Below are positions 13,865 to 25,084 of a stretch of DNA of 64,000 bases, piece after piece; the stretch's first letter is position 1; every line of letters begins with the position of its first letter. The position numbers and the translations under genes were made by a program. The notes beneath the pieces were generated by a model. It was not told where the DNA came from. It made no database searches and saw only the letters and a list, made by a program, of their open reading frames with translations. This DNA comes from Octopus vulgaris. Its lineage: Eukaryota. The DNA lies in the NCBI GenBank assembly GCA_951406725.2, contig OX597820.1, forward strand, positions 40,982,001-41,046,000, given 5' to 3'.

Positions 13865-14165
13865 GCTATTGTCGTTGTTGTTGATGGTGGTGGTGGGGAT
13901 GGTGGTGGTGATGGTGGTGGTGGTTGTGGTGGTAGTGCTGGTACTGGTGGTGGTTGTGGTGGTGACGATAATAATGATGGTGATGATGATTGTGGTGGTG
14001 GGGATGGTGGTGGTGATGGTGGTGGTTGTGGTGGTGACGATAATAATGATGGTGATGATGATTGTGGTGGTGGTGGTGGTGGTGGTGGTGGTGGTGATGG
14101 TGATGGTGGTCGTGGTCGTGATGATGGTGATGGAGATGGTGTCAGTGGTGCTGGTGGCGGTGGCG
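13770..14165. repeat. Complex (GTT/GGT/GAT)n trinucleotide array with an internal ~70-bp tandem duplication
   Basis: 'ggtggttgtggtggtgacgataataatgatggtgatgatgattgtggtggtg' occurs twice. Confidence 0.9.
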
Positions 14166-15837
14166 AGAATTAGATGTAGAGAATGACCTCGACAGCATTT
14201 GGAATCAGAACATAAACGAAAGAATGTAACAACTAGGTATCTTCTGCTAAATATGAGATACCGATGAACCTCTGCCCTTCGACCGGCTAGAAATAGCAAC
14301 CAACTCTATTTCAAGCTACATCCTGCCACTTTAGAAACGAAGGACAACTTTGAATATGTGTTGCTAAGTTCATTGTACCCAATGCCGAGAGAAAGAATGG
14401 GATGAACGTAGCTGGAAGGCCTTTCAACATACTTCAGTTCGAATAGGGATGGTATAGAGCTTAACAACAAATCAAACTTTGGTCAGATGTTCAAGAGTCT
14501 GGCTTAACCCAAATGAATTTCACTCGCGTATCATTGATTTCCATTGCCCGGGTATATAACCTCCCTTCTAAAGAAGGATGTTTGGCTTATTGAATGTCTT
14601 GCTCCAAAAAGGTGTGATCAAAAAGCTGGCGCACGAAGTTCCAAACTGTTACCTCTCTTAAACTAAATATTGTTATTTATTCATTTATTTTTTTTTTCAA
14701 GTTGGAAGTAGAGTTATTGGCTTAGCTATGCCTATCGCCTTCACAGGCCTTCTAGGAACGGTGAGGTCTATTCGTTTGATGTTCTAATTGAAACGGCAGT
14801 AACAAAAGCCTGAGTGGATATGGTTACGGATAGCCCATGATCAGAAGAAATGAAGGGGAGTTGGACGAGAGCAACTAGATGGAAGTGATATAAGTCAGAG
14901 CTATAACGGTAGAAAATGTGAAGTAAAGAAAAACTACGTCTACAGATCAAAAGCTTGAACATCTGAGCGCGAACAACTTCATAGTTATTAATCGAGTGGC
15001 TTCAAATTTACTCAAATGCTTTAGATTTTACGGAATGAAGTAATATCGTGCCACAGCTTACATATGTTTGTCAATGACATGCTAAAGGGAAATTTAGACA
15101 TCACAGTTTCGGGTGGCGAGCCTACCTTTAGAGAGTTACGAAAACTTCTATTGATTCACGAGGGCAGCCATTTGTGGGGAGAGGATTTATGAAGAAAAAC
15201 ATCTCGTTTTTAAAGAAAATGAAACAACATTGATGGTAATAAGGTCTTTGACAAGAGTTTTATTCACTTCTATATAATTTACTATCAAGAATAGAATTCG
15301 AATTACACGCCACATATAATAATATGTGTGTCACAGTCTACGTCTTTATAATATATATTTTCTAACTACAGAAACTTTATTTTCCCAATTATTGGAAAAG
15401 CTTATAGTATCTTATTGGATTTATCTCCCTTGTCATATTTTTTTAGATCTGAAAGACCATCAGAGAGTTAGAAAGTTTTCCATTCGCTATATCACGCGTG
15501 TGAGAGTCTAATGTGCATATAACATTCATGTAAGTGTTAATTAATTAACGATAATTAATAACTTTACTCAAGAGTATCTATGAGTTTATAAAACAAATTT
15601 ATGTAGGTATAATTATATATGTGTACGGGTGTGTGGTTGGGTGTGCGTGGGTGTGCATGTATGCGTGTGTACGTATGCATGCATGCGTGTGCATATATGC
15701 ATGTATATATATGTGTTTGTATATGTATATATGTATATCTATCTATCTATCTGTATAAGTATGTAATATGTCCCTGTCTTGGTATGTGTATGAGTGAGTG
15801 AGTGAGTGAGTGAGTGAGTGAATGTCTAAGTGAGTGA

Positions 15838-15886
<49 letters not shown>

Positions 15887-16099
15887 GTAGTTTCTCCTGA
15901 AGGCTACCTTTTCCAGATTTTCATTAAAGAAAAATATATAATAAAGTACGATAAAATGTCTAACATGTGACGCATTATTCACTCAACAGATATAACTTAT
16001 TCCAGCCACGCCATAGCCAACACAGTTGTAATTATTGATCTTCTGTACACACACACACACAAACACAACTTCGTCCCACATACACACACATATACATAT

Positions 16100-16228
16100 T
16101 AAGAAGTAAAAGTTATGGCCGGTCATAGAGTGACCTTTTTTTATGACCAGCCATAACTTTTAAATATGTTATTGCTCTAATGATTTAAGAGTGCGCTTCT
16201 TTTTCGGATATAAAGACTACTGGCGATA
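16100..16228. mobile_element. Short hairpin-containing dispersed repeat (second copy 20621-20762)
   Basis: Two diverged copies, both next to microsatellites; 21-bp stem at 16107-16162. Confidence 0.6.
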
Positions 16229-16251
16229 TGTGTGTGTGTGTGTGTGTGTAT

Positions 16252-16562
16252 GGAGGCGCAATGGCCCAGTGGTTAGAGCAGCGGGCTCGCGGTCGGAGGA
16301 TCGCGGTTTCGATTCCCAGACCGGGCGTTGTGTGTGTTTATTGAGCGAAAACACCTGAAAGCTCCACGAGGCTCTGGCAGGGGGTGATGGTGACCCCTGC
16401 TGTACTCTTTCGCCCCAACTTTCTCTCACTCTGTCTTCCTGTTTCTTGAGCAACGCTGCGATGGACTGGCGTCCCGTCCAGCTGGGGGGAACTCATACGC
16501 CACAGAAACCGGGAAACCGGGCCCACGAGCCACGCTAGGCTTGAAAAGGGCGCATAAATAAT
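16252..16562 (+). mobile_element. Family C tRNA-derived SINE, tail type 1
   Basis: A box TGGCCCAGTGG, B box GGTTTCGATTCCC; body shared with 26433, 40790 and 62968; tail 'ctgcgatggactggcgtcccgtccag..gggcgcataaataa'. Confidence 0.85.
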
Positions 16563-16574
16563 ATATATATATAT

Positions 16575-16862
16575 ACAAAGAAAATAGGGATGAAAACATC
16601 CTGTCTTTAATTAATACCAATGTTAATACCCAATTTTGTAGAGAAAAACCTTATAATTCACGTGGGTACATATTAAATTTATAAAAATGAATATGAATAG
16701 AAAATGTAGATATACACCTGTCTTTCAAAAATTAAAATTTATTAATTTTATTAATTTATTAATTACATATTGTAATATAATTGTAAGATTTTTCTCTATA
16801 AAATTGGGTATTAACAGTGGAACTAATTAAAGACTGGATGTTTTCATCCCTATTTTCCTTGT
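16575..16862. mobile_element. MITE/foldback element with ~85-bp terminal inverted repeats, inserted in (TA)n
   Basis: 16575-16658 is reverse-complementary to 16779-16862 (e.g. aaaatagggatgaaaacatcc / ggatgttttcatccctatttt); AT-rich spacer. Confidence 0.75.
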
Positions 16863-16873
16863 GTGTGTGTGTG

Positions 16874-16952
<79 letters not shown>

Positions 16953-17043
16953 TATGCGCCCTTAATGTAATATAATAAATATAATATAATAAATAATAAG
17001 TACTAAATACAAATTACAAACAATTGTTTCAATTCTTACCCAT

Positions 17044-17386
17044 CGGGACAGTCGGGACCCCCTTCGGTCACGACACTGACCATGGGATTGCACCTAGAAA
17101 GTTACCCTCCTAGTCACAAGTCTGGGCAAGGTGGTTTATGGAAGACCAGCAGTCGCCCATGCATACCGACCTCCCCTCTCCACGCCACCAGTGTTATCCA
17201 AGGAAAAGGCAAAAGCCGATACAGCTTGGCACCTGTGACATCGCAACTCGTTTCTACAGCTGAGTTAACTGGAGCAACGTGAAATAAAGTGTCTTGCTCA
17301 AAAACACAACACGCATCCCGGTCCAGGATTCGAACTCACAATCTCACGATCGTAAGCTCGACGCTCTAACCACTGAGCCATGCGCC
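17044..17386 (-). mobile_element. Family D tRNA-derived SINE with 11-bp TSD
   Basis: Head GGCGCATGGCTCAGTGG..GAGTTCGAATCC on the minus strand; TSD ttcttacccat at 17033-17043 and 17387-17397. Confidence 0.9.
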
Positions 17387-17763
17387 TTCTTACCCATAGT
17401 AACATAATATAAATCCATCGTTTGTGGACAAGAATTATTTCAGTGTAATTTTTGATATACGAGGATTCACAGATCCAAGAAAAGACTAAATTTATTTGTT
17501 TTCAAGTGATAGCGTCAATAATTAAAAACAAAAACAAAGATAAAAATAAAATATATATAAATATAAAATATGGAGAATAAACTATTATAATGGTCATAAA
17601 GTATAGTTGTATTATATTATGTATTTTTATGTAAATATATCTTAGGCCATTAGTTTTGTTTTTTTTTAAATACCAGGAATAATATGTATGTACGTATGTA
17701 TACATATATATGTATGCAACACACGCGTATTCGCCATCTTGCGGACGAAACTAGGGAGACAGC

Positions 17764-17988
17764 GAGCTGGCAGAAACGTTAGCACGTCGGGCGAAATGCT
17801 TTGCGGTATTTTGTCTGCCGCTACGTTCTGAGTTCAAATTCCGCCGAGGTCGACTTTGCCTTTCATCCTTTCGGGGTCGATATATTAAGTACCAGTTACG
17901 CACTGGGGTCGATGTAATCGACTTAATCCGTTTGTCTGTCCTTGTTTGTCCCCTCTGTGTTTAGCCCCTTGTGGGTAGTAAAGAAATA
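17764..17988 (+). mobile_element. Family A SINE (A1 tail) with 17-bp TSD
   Basis: TSD gaaactagggagacagc at 17747-17763 and 17989-18005; core gcctttcatcctttcggggtcgat. Confidence 0.9.
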
Positions 17989-18022
17989 GAAACTAGGGAG
18001 ACAGCTTTTTAGTTTGTTTTCT

Positions 18023-18198
18023 GTGGCGTGGAGAGGGGAGGCCGGTATGCATGGGCGACTACTGGTCTTCCATAAACCACCTTGCCCAGACTTGTGACTA
18101 GGAGGGTAACTTTCTAGGTGCAATCCCATGGTCAGTGTCGTGACCGAAGGGGGTCCCGACTGTCCTGATGTGTAAGAATTGAAACAATTGTTTGTAAT
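18023..18198. repeat. Inverted local duplication of 17013-17188
   Basis: 176-bp arms with about 4 mismatches; includes the SINE 3' half, its TSD and the unique flank. Confidence 0.9.
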
Positions 18199-18275
18199 AC
18201 CCTTCCTCTCACCAACAGAAATAGATTGTGTCCGATTTGCGTACGAGTATGTGTGTGTGTGTGTGTGTGTGTGTA

Positions 18276-19727
18276 ATTCTTTTCTACTCTAGGCACAAGG
18301 CAAAAAATTTCCGGGAGGAGGCCAGTAGATTAGATCGACCCCAGTATGCAACTAGTACTTAATTTATCGAACCTGAAAGGATGAAAGGCAGAGACGACCT
18401 TGGTGGAATTGAACTCACAACGTAAAGACAAACGAAATACTGCTAACTATTTCTCCCGGCGTACCAACGTTTCTCTCAGCTCGCTCGCCACCTTGTACTC
18501 GTGTGTATTAAACATGCACTGAGTATTGAATTTGACGCAGAGAATAGAGTCAATATTAAGGACAGTTTAAAGCGCCGGAAAAAATGCTAAGCAGCTTTTC
18601 TTCCGACTTTACGTCCTGAGTCCAAATGCCACCGGGGTCGACTTTGCCTTTCATCCTTTTAGGGTGGATAAAATATGTACCAGCTGACCAGCTGACCAGC
18701 TGAACACTTGGTCGATGTAATCGACTAGCCACCCAACCATCAAAACAAAACTGCAGTCCTTGTGCGTATAATGACAAAGAATATAAAAACTGTACACAAT
18801 GAAGTTTTTTTAAAGAAGCCACTATCGACAAAACGTTAAAGAGAACTGCTGCTGCTGCTACTGCTATTATTATTAATAATAATAATTATGGTTTCCAATT
18901 TTGCCACTAGGGCAGCAATTCTGAGGGACTCAAGTGTTCAACTGTTATATTTTTTATCGACTTCGAAATGATAAAAGGCAAAGTTGACGTGGGCGGAATT
19001 TGAACTCAGAACGCGAAACCAGACAAAATACCGCAAAACATTTCACCCGGAGTGCTAATGATTCTGCCAACTCACCACCTTAATAACATTATTAATCTTT
19101 TCTACTATAGGCACAAAGCTGGAAATTTTAGGGACAGGGTAAAGTCGATCACATCGACTCCAGTGTTTCACTGGTACTTCATCTATCGACCCCGAAAGGA
19201 TGAAAGGCAAAGTCGACCTCGACGGAATTTGAACTCAGAACATAAAGACAGACGAAATACCGCTAGGCATTTCGGCCGGCGTGCTATCGATTCTGCCAGC
19301 TCACCACCTTAATAACAATAAAAATAATAATGGATTCAAATTTTGCCACGAGGGAAGCCATTTGAGGGGAGAGGATGAGTCGATTACATCGACCCCAGTG
19401 CTCAATGGTGCTTATTTTATCGACGCCGAAAATATGAAAGACAAATTCGACCTCGGCGGCATTTGGACTCAGAACATAGTGACGGGCGAAATGCCGCTAA
19501 GCGATTTTGCTTAATGATAATAATTTCTGCAAAAGGCCAAGGCCTGATATTTTGGGGGTAGATTTTGGGGTAGGGTACTAGTTGATTACATCCACCTCAG
19601 AACTAAACACGTACTAATTTTATCATTCCCGATGGGATGAAGGGCAATGTCGCCGTTGACGGAATTTGTACTCGGTGCGGAAAGGCAGACGAAATTCTGA
19701 TTAGCATTTTCTCCGGCGTGCTGATAA

Positions 19728-19809
<82 letters not shown>

Positions 19810-19970
19810 CCTTTTTTACTGGAGGCGCAAGGCCTGTATTTTTTCTTTGGGGGTGGGGCAGCGGAGTGGGTTAGTCGATTACATTGACCCCAGTCCGGAC
19901 GATCTCGATGGAATTTGAACTCAGAACGTACAGATAGATGAGATGCCGCTGAACGTATTGTCTGGCCTGC
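18276..19970. mobile_element. Cluster of about 7-8 diverged family A SINEs (mostly minus; one plus at ~18565-18782) separated by AAT-rich spacers
   Basis: Repeated 'aaggcaaagtcgacctcggcggaatttgaactcagaacgt'-like motif. Confidence 0.85.
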
Positions 19971-20294
19971 TAATTAGTAGTAGTAGTACTTGTGTGTGTA
20001 TAGTAGTAGTAATAGTAAAAAAATAAGTACACATAGACATATATTTATATAAGTTTAAACGTTTGAGTTGCAATTATGAGCATATTATGAATAGATTCAT
20101 AGTATATCAACTACAAAAAATTACAGTAATTGTTTACATAACTACTACAACCTGCTTATATGCATAGGTATATGCAAGGACTTATGTATGCATGTATGTA
20201 AATATTGATTTTATGTGCAAACACACACACACATCTTCGGTCCTACCCTATATATATACATATATGTATATATGTATATGTATATGTATATATA

Positions 20295-20337
<43 letters not shown>

Positions 20338-20338
<1 letters not shown>

Positions 20339-20487
20339 AATACCAAAACTGGGACAAGAACGCAAAACATCCAGAAAGTTAGATGATACAAAAAAGGGAC
20401 AAGAAAACATCCAGACAGACGATACAAAAAAAGAAAGGAGTTTTCTTTCTTCAGTCGAGTTCCAGATTATCTTTGCAATTTTTGCTA
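20338..20487 (-). mobile_element. Microsatellite-associated dispersed repeat (other copies 23390-23500 +, 38822-38968 +, 56307-56415 +, 57283-57394 -); possibly a Penelope pseudo-LTR
   Basis: Five copies share 'ggatgttttgcgttcttgtccca' at a common end abutting TA/CA repeats; the opposite ends are variable. Confidence 0.6.
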
Positions 20488-20537
20488 TATACACACACAC
20501 ATATATATATATATATATGGAGAGAGAGAGGGGGGAG

Positions 20538-20570
<33 letters not shown>

Positions 20571-20571
20571 T

Positions 20572-20617
<46 letters not shown>

Positions 20618-20759
20618 TAGGAAGTTAAAATGTTATGGCTTGGTTAGTCATAGAGTGATCATTTTCTATGACCGGCTATAACTTTTAACTTCTTAAAAAA
20701 ATATGTTACTGCTCTAATGATTTAGTGTCTGCTTCGTTTTTGAATATATGAACTGCTAA

Positions 20760-20833
<74 letters not shown>

Positions 20834-21488
20834 CTATATATATATATGGATGCAATGGATGCACCTGTGTATGTATGTATCAGAGAACGCATAAAAATTT
20901 CTAGAAATGCAAGTGTTGATTTATGGACAAATACTGAAACTTTCAGAATGATTGTTAACGACAGGTAAGAAGAAATGTTTCCAGTTGTGATTTACTGCTT
21001 CAAAAACGACACGATACTAGCAAATTAGTTAAGAAAACTTTGTTTCATGGTACCACGTGGAGAATATTTTTGTTTTGCTTTTTCTTATGTCTTTTTTTCT
21101 TTCTTTCTTATTTTCTTTCGTTTCTTTTTTTTTTCTTTTTTTTTTTTTTTAAGCTTCAGAATTTTATGAAGCATGTGTCATTATTTGACTTACGTTAAAA
21201 AATTCGTTTTTACATGAGTTTTGAACTAAAGAAATATGCGATTAATATATTGCAAAAGTCGTTGACTTTGTTCTACTCTAATAATGTTTGCAATCAAAAA
21301 TTTAATTTTAAACAACCACAGCATGGAGTTTATATAAAGAAAGAAGAAAAATCGATAGCAAACGAAAGTTTTAGCAAGAAACTAGAAACTTCGAAATAAA
21401 CTACGCAAAAAGGAAAAGTCAGATCCAAAGTTGAAGAAGAACAAGAAGAATAAGAAAGAAAGAAAGAAAAGCAGAAAGAAAGAAAAAC

Positions 21489-21555
<67 letters not shown>

Positions 21556-21604
21556 AAAACAGAAAAACAGAAAGAAAGAAAGAAAGAAAAAAAGTGAAAC
21601 TTAC

Positions 21605-22839
21605 GTCCAGACTTATCTCGTCGCTGGCTCTTCGTTTTCTTTCGTTAATTCCCGATGGTTTCACGGTTTCTTCACCGATTAGAAATGAACTTCCGCTGGT
21701 AGCGTTGCCACACAACGCCACAGCGCTGACACCTCCGCCATTACCACCACCTCCACCTCCTCCGCCGCCGCCACCAGCACCACTAGCAGCAGCAGCTCCC
21801 GAATTGCTGCTAACTACTCCAACTGCACCTCCTGCACCGAACACTGCCACACTACCGGCACCGAGGACTGCTCCGCTGCTGGCACCACCGTTTCCTCGGT
21901 GTTGTTGTTGTTGTTGTTGTTGTTGCTGCTGTTGTTGCTGCGGTTGTTGCGGTTGTTGTTGTTGCTGCTGCTGCTGCTGCTGTTTGGGACTGCAGCTGAC
22001 AACGAGTTTGTTGCTCATGTTCAACGGTCCACATTCTTCATCCTTGAAACAGTCCATTCCTACGTCGTCGTCTTCGTCTTCCTCCTCGCCACCACTACCA
22101 CCACCACCGGTCCCACCACCACCACCACCACCACCACCTCCTCCTCCTCCACCACCACCGCCGCCGCCGCCTCCTCCTCCACCCTCTCCGACGCTTCCAC
22201 CACCACCACCGCCGCCACCACCACCACCACCACCTCCTCCTCCTCCGCTGCCGCCGCCGCCGCCTAAGTCAGCACCGACTAGCGTTTCAGATTTGATGGA
22301 AATTTCCGGATAAATGCTGCTGCTGCTGCTACTACTACTACTACTGTTGCTGCCGTTACCACTGCCGCCTACACCGCCAACACCGCCTCCTCCTCCTCCC
22401 CCTCCTCCTGCTACTCCTCCTGCGACGCAACCACCAGCGGTTGTACTGCTGTTGTTGGTGGTGGTGTTGATGCTGCTGCTGCTGCTGTTGCTGCTGTTCG
22501 TGTTAGTGTTGGTATTAATAATGTTGGTAGTGGTTGTAGTGCAAGTGGTACTAGTAGTGGTGATGATGCTGCTGCTGTTGTTGTTGTTAGCACCGTTGTT
22601 GCTATTGTTGTTGTTGTTGTTGTTACTACCGCTGATATTGCTAGCTGCACTATTACCGTTGCTATTGTTGCTGTTGTTGTTGTTTGGGCTGCTGGCACCG
22701 TTGTTACTGATATTGTTGTTGTTGTTGTTGTTGTTTATTCTGCTCCCCAGCGGAGGGGTGGCACTTCCACCACCGCCTCCACCTCCACCGCCGACTCCTA
22801 CGCCGATACTCGGACCATTTTCACAATCGGGTGCCTCTT
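21605..22839 (-). CDS. Internal coding exon (411 codons + 2 nt) of an unidentified low-complexity, probably nuclear regulatory protein
   Basis: Long T-tract + CAG acceptor (AG at 22841-22840) and GAC|GTAAGT donor (GT at 21604-21603). 1235 nt open, phase 1 to phase 0. GC-rich, with mixed-codon in-frame homopolymers (e.g. 24 Gly from GGG/GGT/GGA/GGC blocks) separated by complex segments (IYPEISIKSETLVGADL; EEEDEDDDVGMDCFKDEECGPLNMSNKLVVSCSPK; ERKRRASDEISLD). Confidence 0.85.
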
Positions 22840-22928
22840 CTGCAAAAAACAAAAAAAAAAAAAACAAAAAAAATTATTTTTCTTTCGTTTCTATTTTTTC
22901 ATTATGTATATATATATATATATAAATA

Positions 22929-22988
<60 letters not shown>

Positions 22989-23172
22989 TTATTTACTTCT
23001 GAAAGAGAGGAATGGATTACACAACAGTGACATGCATTTAGCCTCGATTCCAGTATTAAGATCAAAACTATGGAAGCCCTTGTTATACAAACGTCTCGAC
23101 AAATTAAGAAAAACAGAAAAAATAGAAAAAAAAGAATAGAAACAATATATCATAAATACAACATGATTCATC

Positions 23173-23299
<127 letters not shown>

Positions 23300-24432
23300 C
23301 TATCTATCTATCTATCTATCTTCATGCGTGTGTGAATATATATGAGTGTGTGTACATGCATGTATCTACAAATGTGTATATATGTATGTTAGCCGAAATT
23401 TGCTAGGACGATCCGGTTCCTGACTGAAGATTAGAGGTTTCAAATGACCCGTCCGTTTTTGTGTCGTCTCTTTGTGTTTTTTGCGTTCTTGTCCCATTTT
23501 TATATATAATTTTTATACATATATATTTACATACCTATTTATACATACATATGCATGTATGTGTATGCATATATATTTCTATACACACACAGACACACAC
23601 ACACATATACACACGCACATACACACACAATGAAATATGTGGATATCAATGAATATGCGTTTGTATGCATGCTTGCAAACGTGTCTGAATGTTTAACTAA
23701 TTCTTTTTTGCAACCTTGGGGTCCCGGGTTCCATTCACTTTTTCTTTTGTTTTGTCTTTTATTTTATTTTATTTTATTTTATTTTATTTGGTCAGAAGGA
23801 TAGTAGTGTCCATGACCCTTAACAGGGCACTAGAGACTGCTGGGAAGAAAGAAGGAAGTTAAGATTTAAGGTAAATGTCATTTGAATAACCTCAAAGTGA
23901 GTAAATCTGGGGAAACAGAATATGTGGAAACCAGTTGAATGGTTATCAACTGTAATTCAAACCTCAGCATCGTTAGACCCTCCTCGCTGTTGCGCTATTT
24001 TGATATGAGAATTACGTTGAGGATGCTTGATAATTCACGTGAAAGAAAAACAGAATGATCATCGCCGAGACGGACGGAGTACCCATCACATATGTACTAC
24101 ATATATGTATTCATGCATGCATGCATGCACACACAAGTTTTTCTATCTTGAAACACACAAAATCAAATACACACACGCACACACACACACACACACACAT
24201 AATGGAAGATTTTACGAAAGCAATTAGAACGAATCATGAAATGTCTAAATTTCTGAAATTAAATTGTAATTTAGATATTCAATAATTTATATACAACTTT
24301 GGGCACAAATTACAATGTCATAAAACTATAATGCGACTGTGTTGCTGTTATAGATTTTGATGTTTTTTAGCTTCAGGCCATTCCTGAGCGAGTTGGCCTA
24401 TGTTCAAAAGCATTACAGCTATGATTATCAGT

Positions 24433-24479
<47 letters not shown>

Positions 24480-24480
<1 letters not shown>

Positions 24481-24680
24481 CATGAAAACACAAACAGAAA
24501 ACACAACAACGCGAGGACGTGGAACAAATATAGTATTATTGGACGCTCAGGAAGGGAGGGAAGGAGGGTTTTACGTTTCGAGCGGAGCTCTTCGTCAGAA
24601 ACATAGGAAAAAGAAAGATCTAGAGAAGGGAAGACGGAAGAAAAAAGAAATCGCCAACGGTACACACGCGGTCACATTTT
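24480..24680 (-). mobile_element. Penelope-like pseudo-LTR fragment between (TA)n tracts (truncated second copy 56517-56627)
   Basis: ~200-bp block with (TA)n on both sides; carries a hammerhead motif; homologous copy at 56.5 kb. Confidence 0.7.
24568..24602 (-). ncRNA. Minimal type I hammerhead ribozyme motif
   Basis: GUUU-CUGACGA-A-GAGC-UCC-GCUC-GAAA-CG-UA-AAAC: stem I GUUU/AAAC, stem II GAGC/GCUC, palindromic ACGU stem III; predicted cut after 24572. Confidence 0.8.
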
Positions 24681-25084
24681 ATATATATATAGAGAGAGAG
24701 AGAGGAGGGAGAGAGAGGGGGGGAGAAAGCGAGATCCATGAGTTCTATTTTCTTAGACGGCTGAAAGTGATTTGGGATATAGCAGCTATTTCTAGTAGAT
24801 CAAGTGACAATGTACAGCAAGTATAGATATCCTTTTTTCATGAAGCGAGTCGCATGAGACATGACTCAACGCTAGGCGGGATGCACTAATAAGAAATTTG
24901 AGATGGTTTTCCCTTACGCGAGCGATTCTGTAAATCCTTAAAGACGCAGATTGCCCTTGGTTGATGTAGAGGCTCCGTCTGTGGTCAAGTTATTTGGTGA
25001 CATTAATGATATGCGGTCTCCAGAAATCATAGACACAGTATTTAAAACTATGCGGTGACCATATCCACCCCAATAAATACTTAT

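Noticed and set aside
13617-14299. Poly-V/L (+) and poly-T/N/I (-) ORFs as a second exon
   Set aside because: Pure trinucleotide array without complex islands or convincing splice sites.
16252-16325. tRNA genes at the heads of families A-D
   Set aside because: A/B boxes are present, but the sequences continue into SINE bodies, are multi-copy and diverged, and several have TSDs; they are SINE heads.
17082-18129. Duplicated 'MGLHLESYPPSHKSGQGG' ORFs as a small gene pair
   Set aside because: Both lie antisense within the family D SINE and its inverted duplicate.
21419-22867. Treating the full 482-aa ORF as a single-exon gene
   Set aside because: The N-terminal 'MFFFFLFF' is the polypyrimidine tract and the C-terminal 'FLSFFLSF' is intronic (CTTT)n. 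Canonical splice sites delimit 21605-22839.
21594-22925. Plus-strand poly-P/C/L ORFs (239 aa and 203 aa)
   Set aside because: Antisense shadows of the trinucleotide-rich minus-strand exon; splice signals support only the minus strand.
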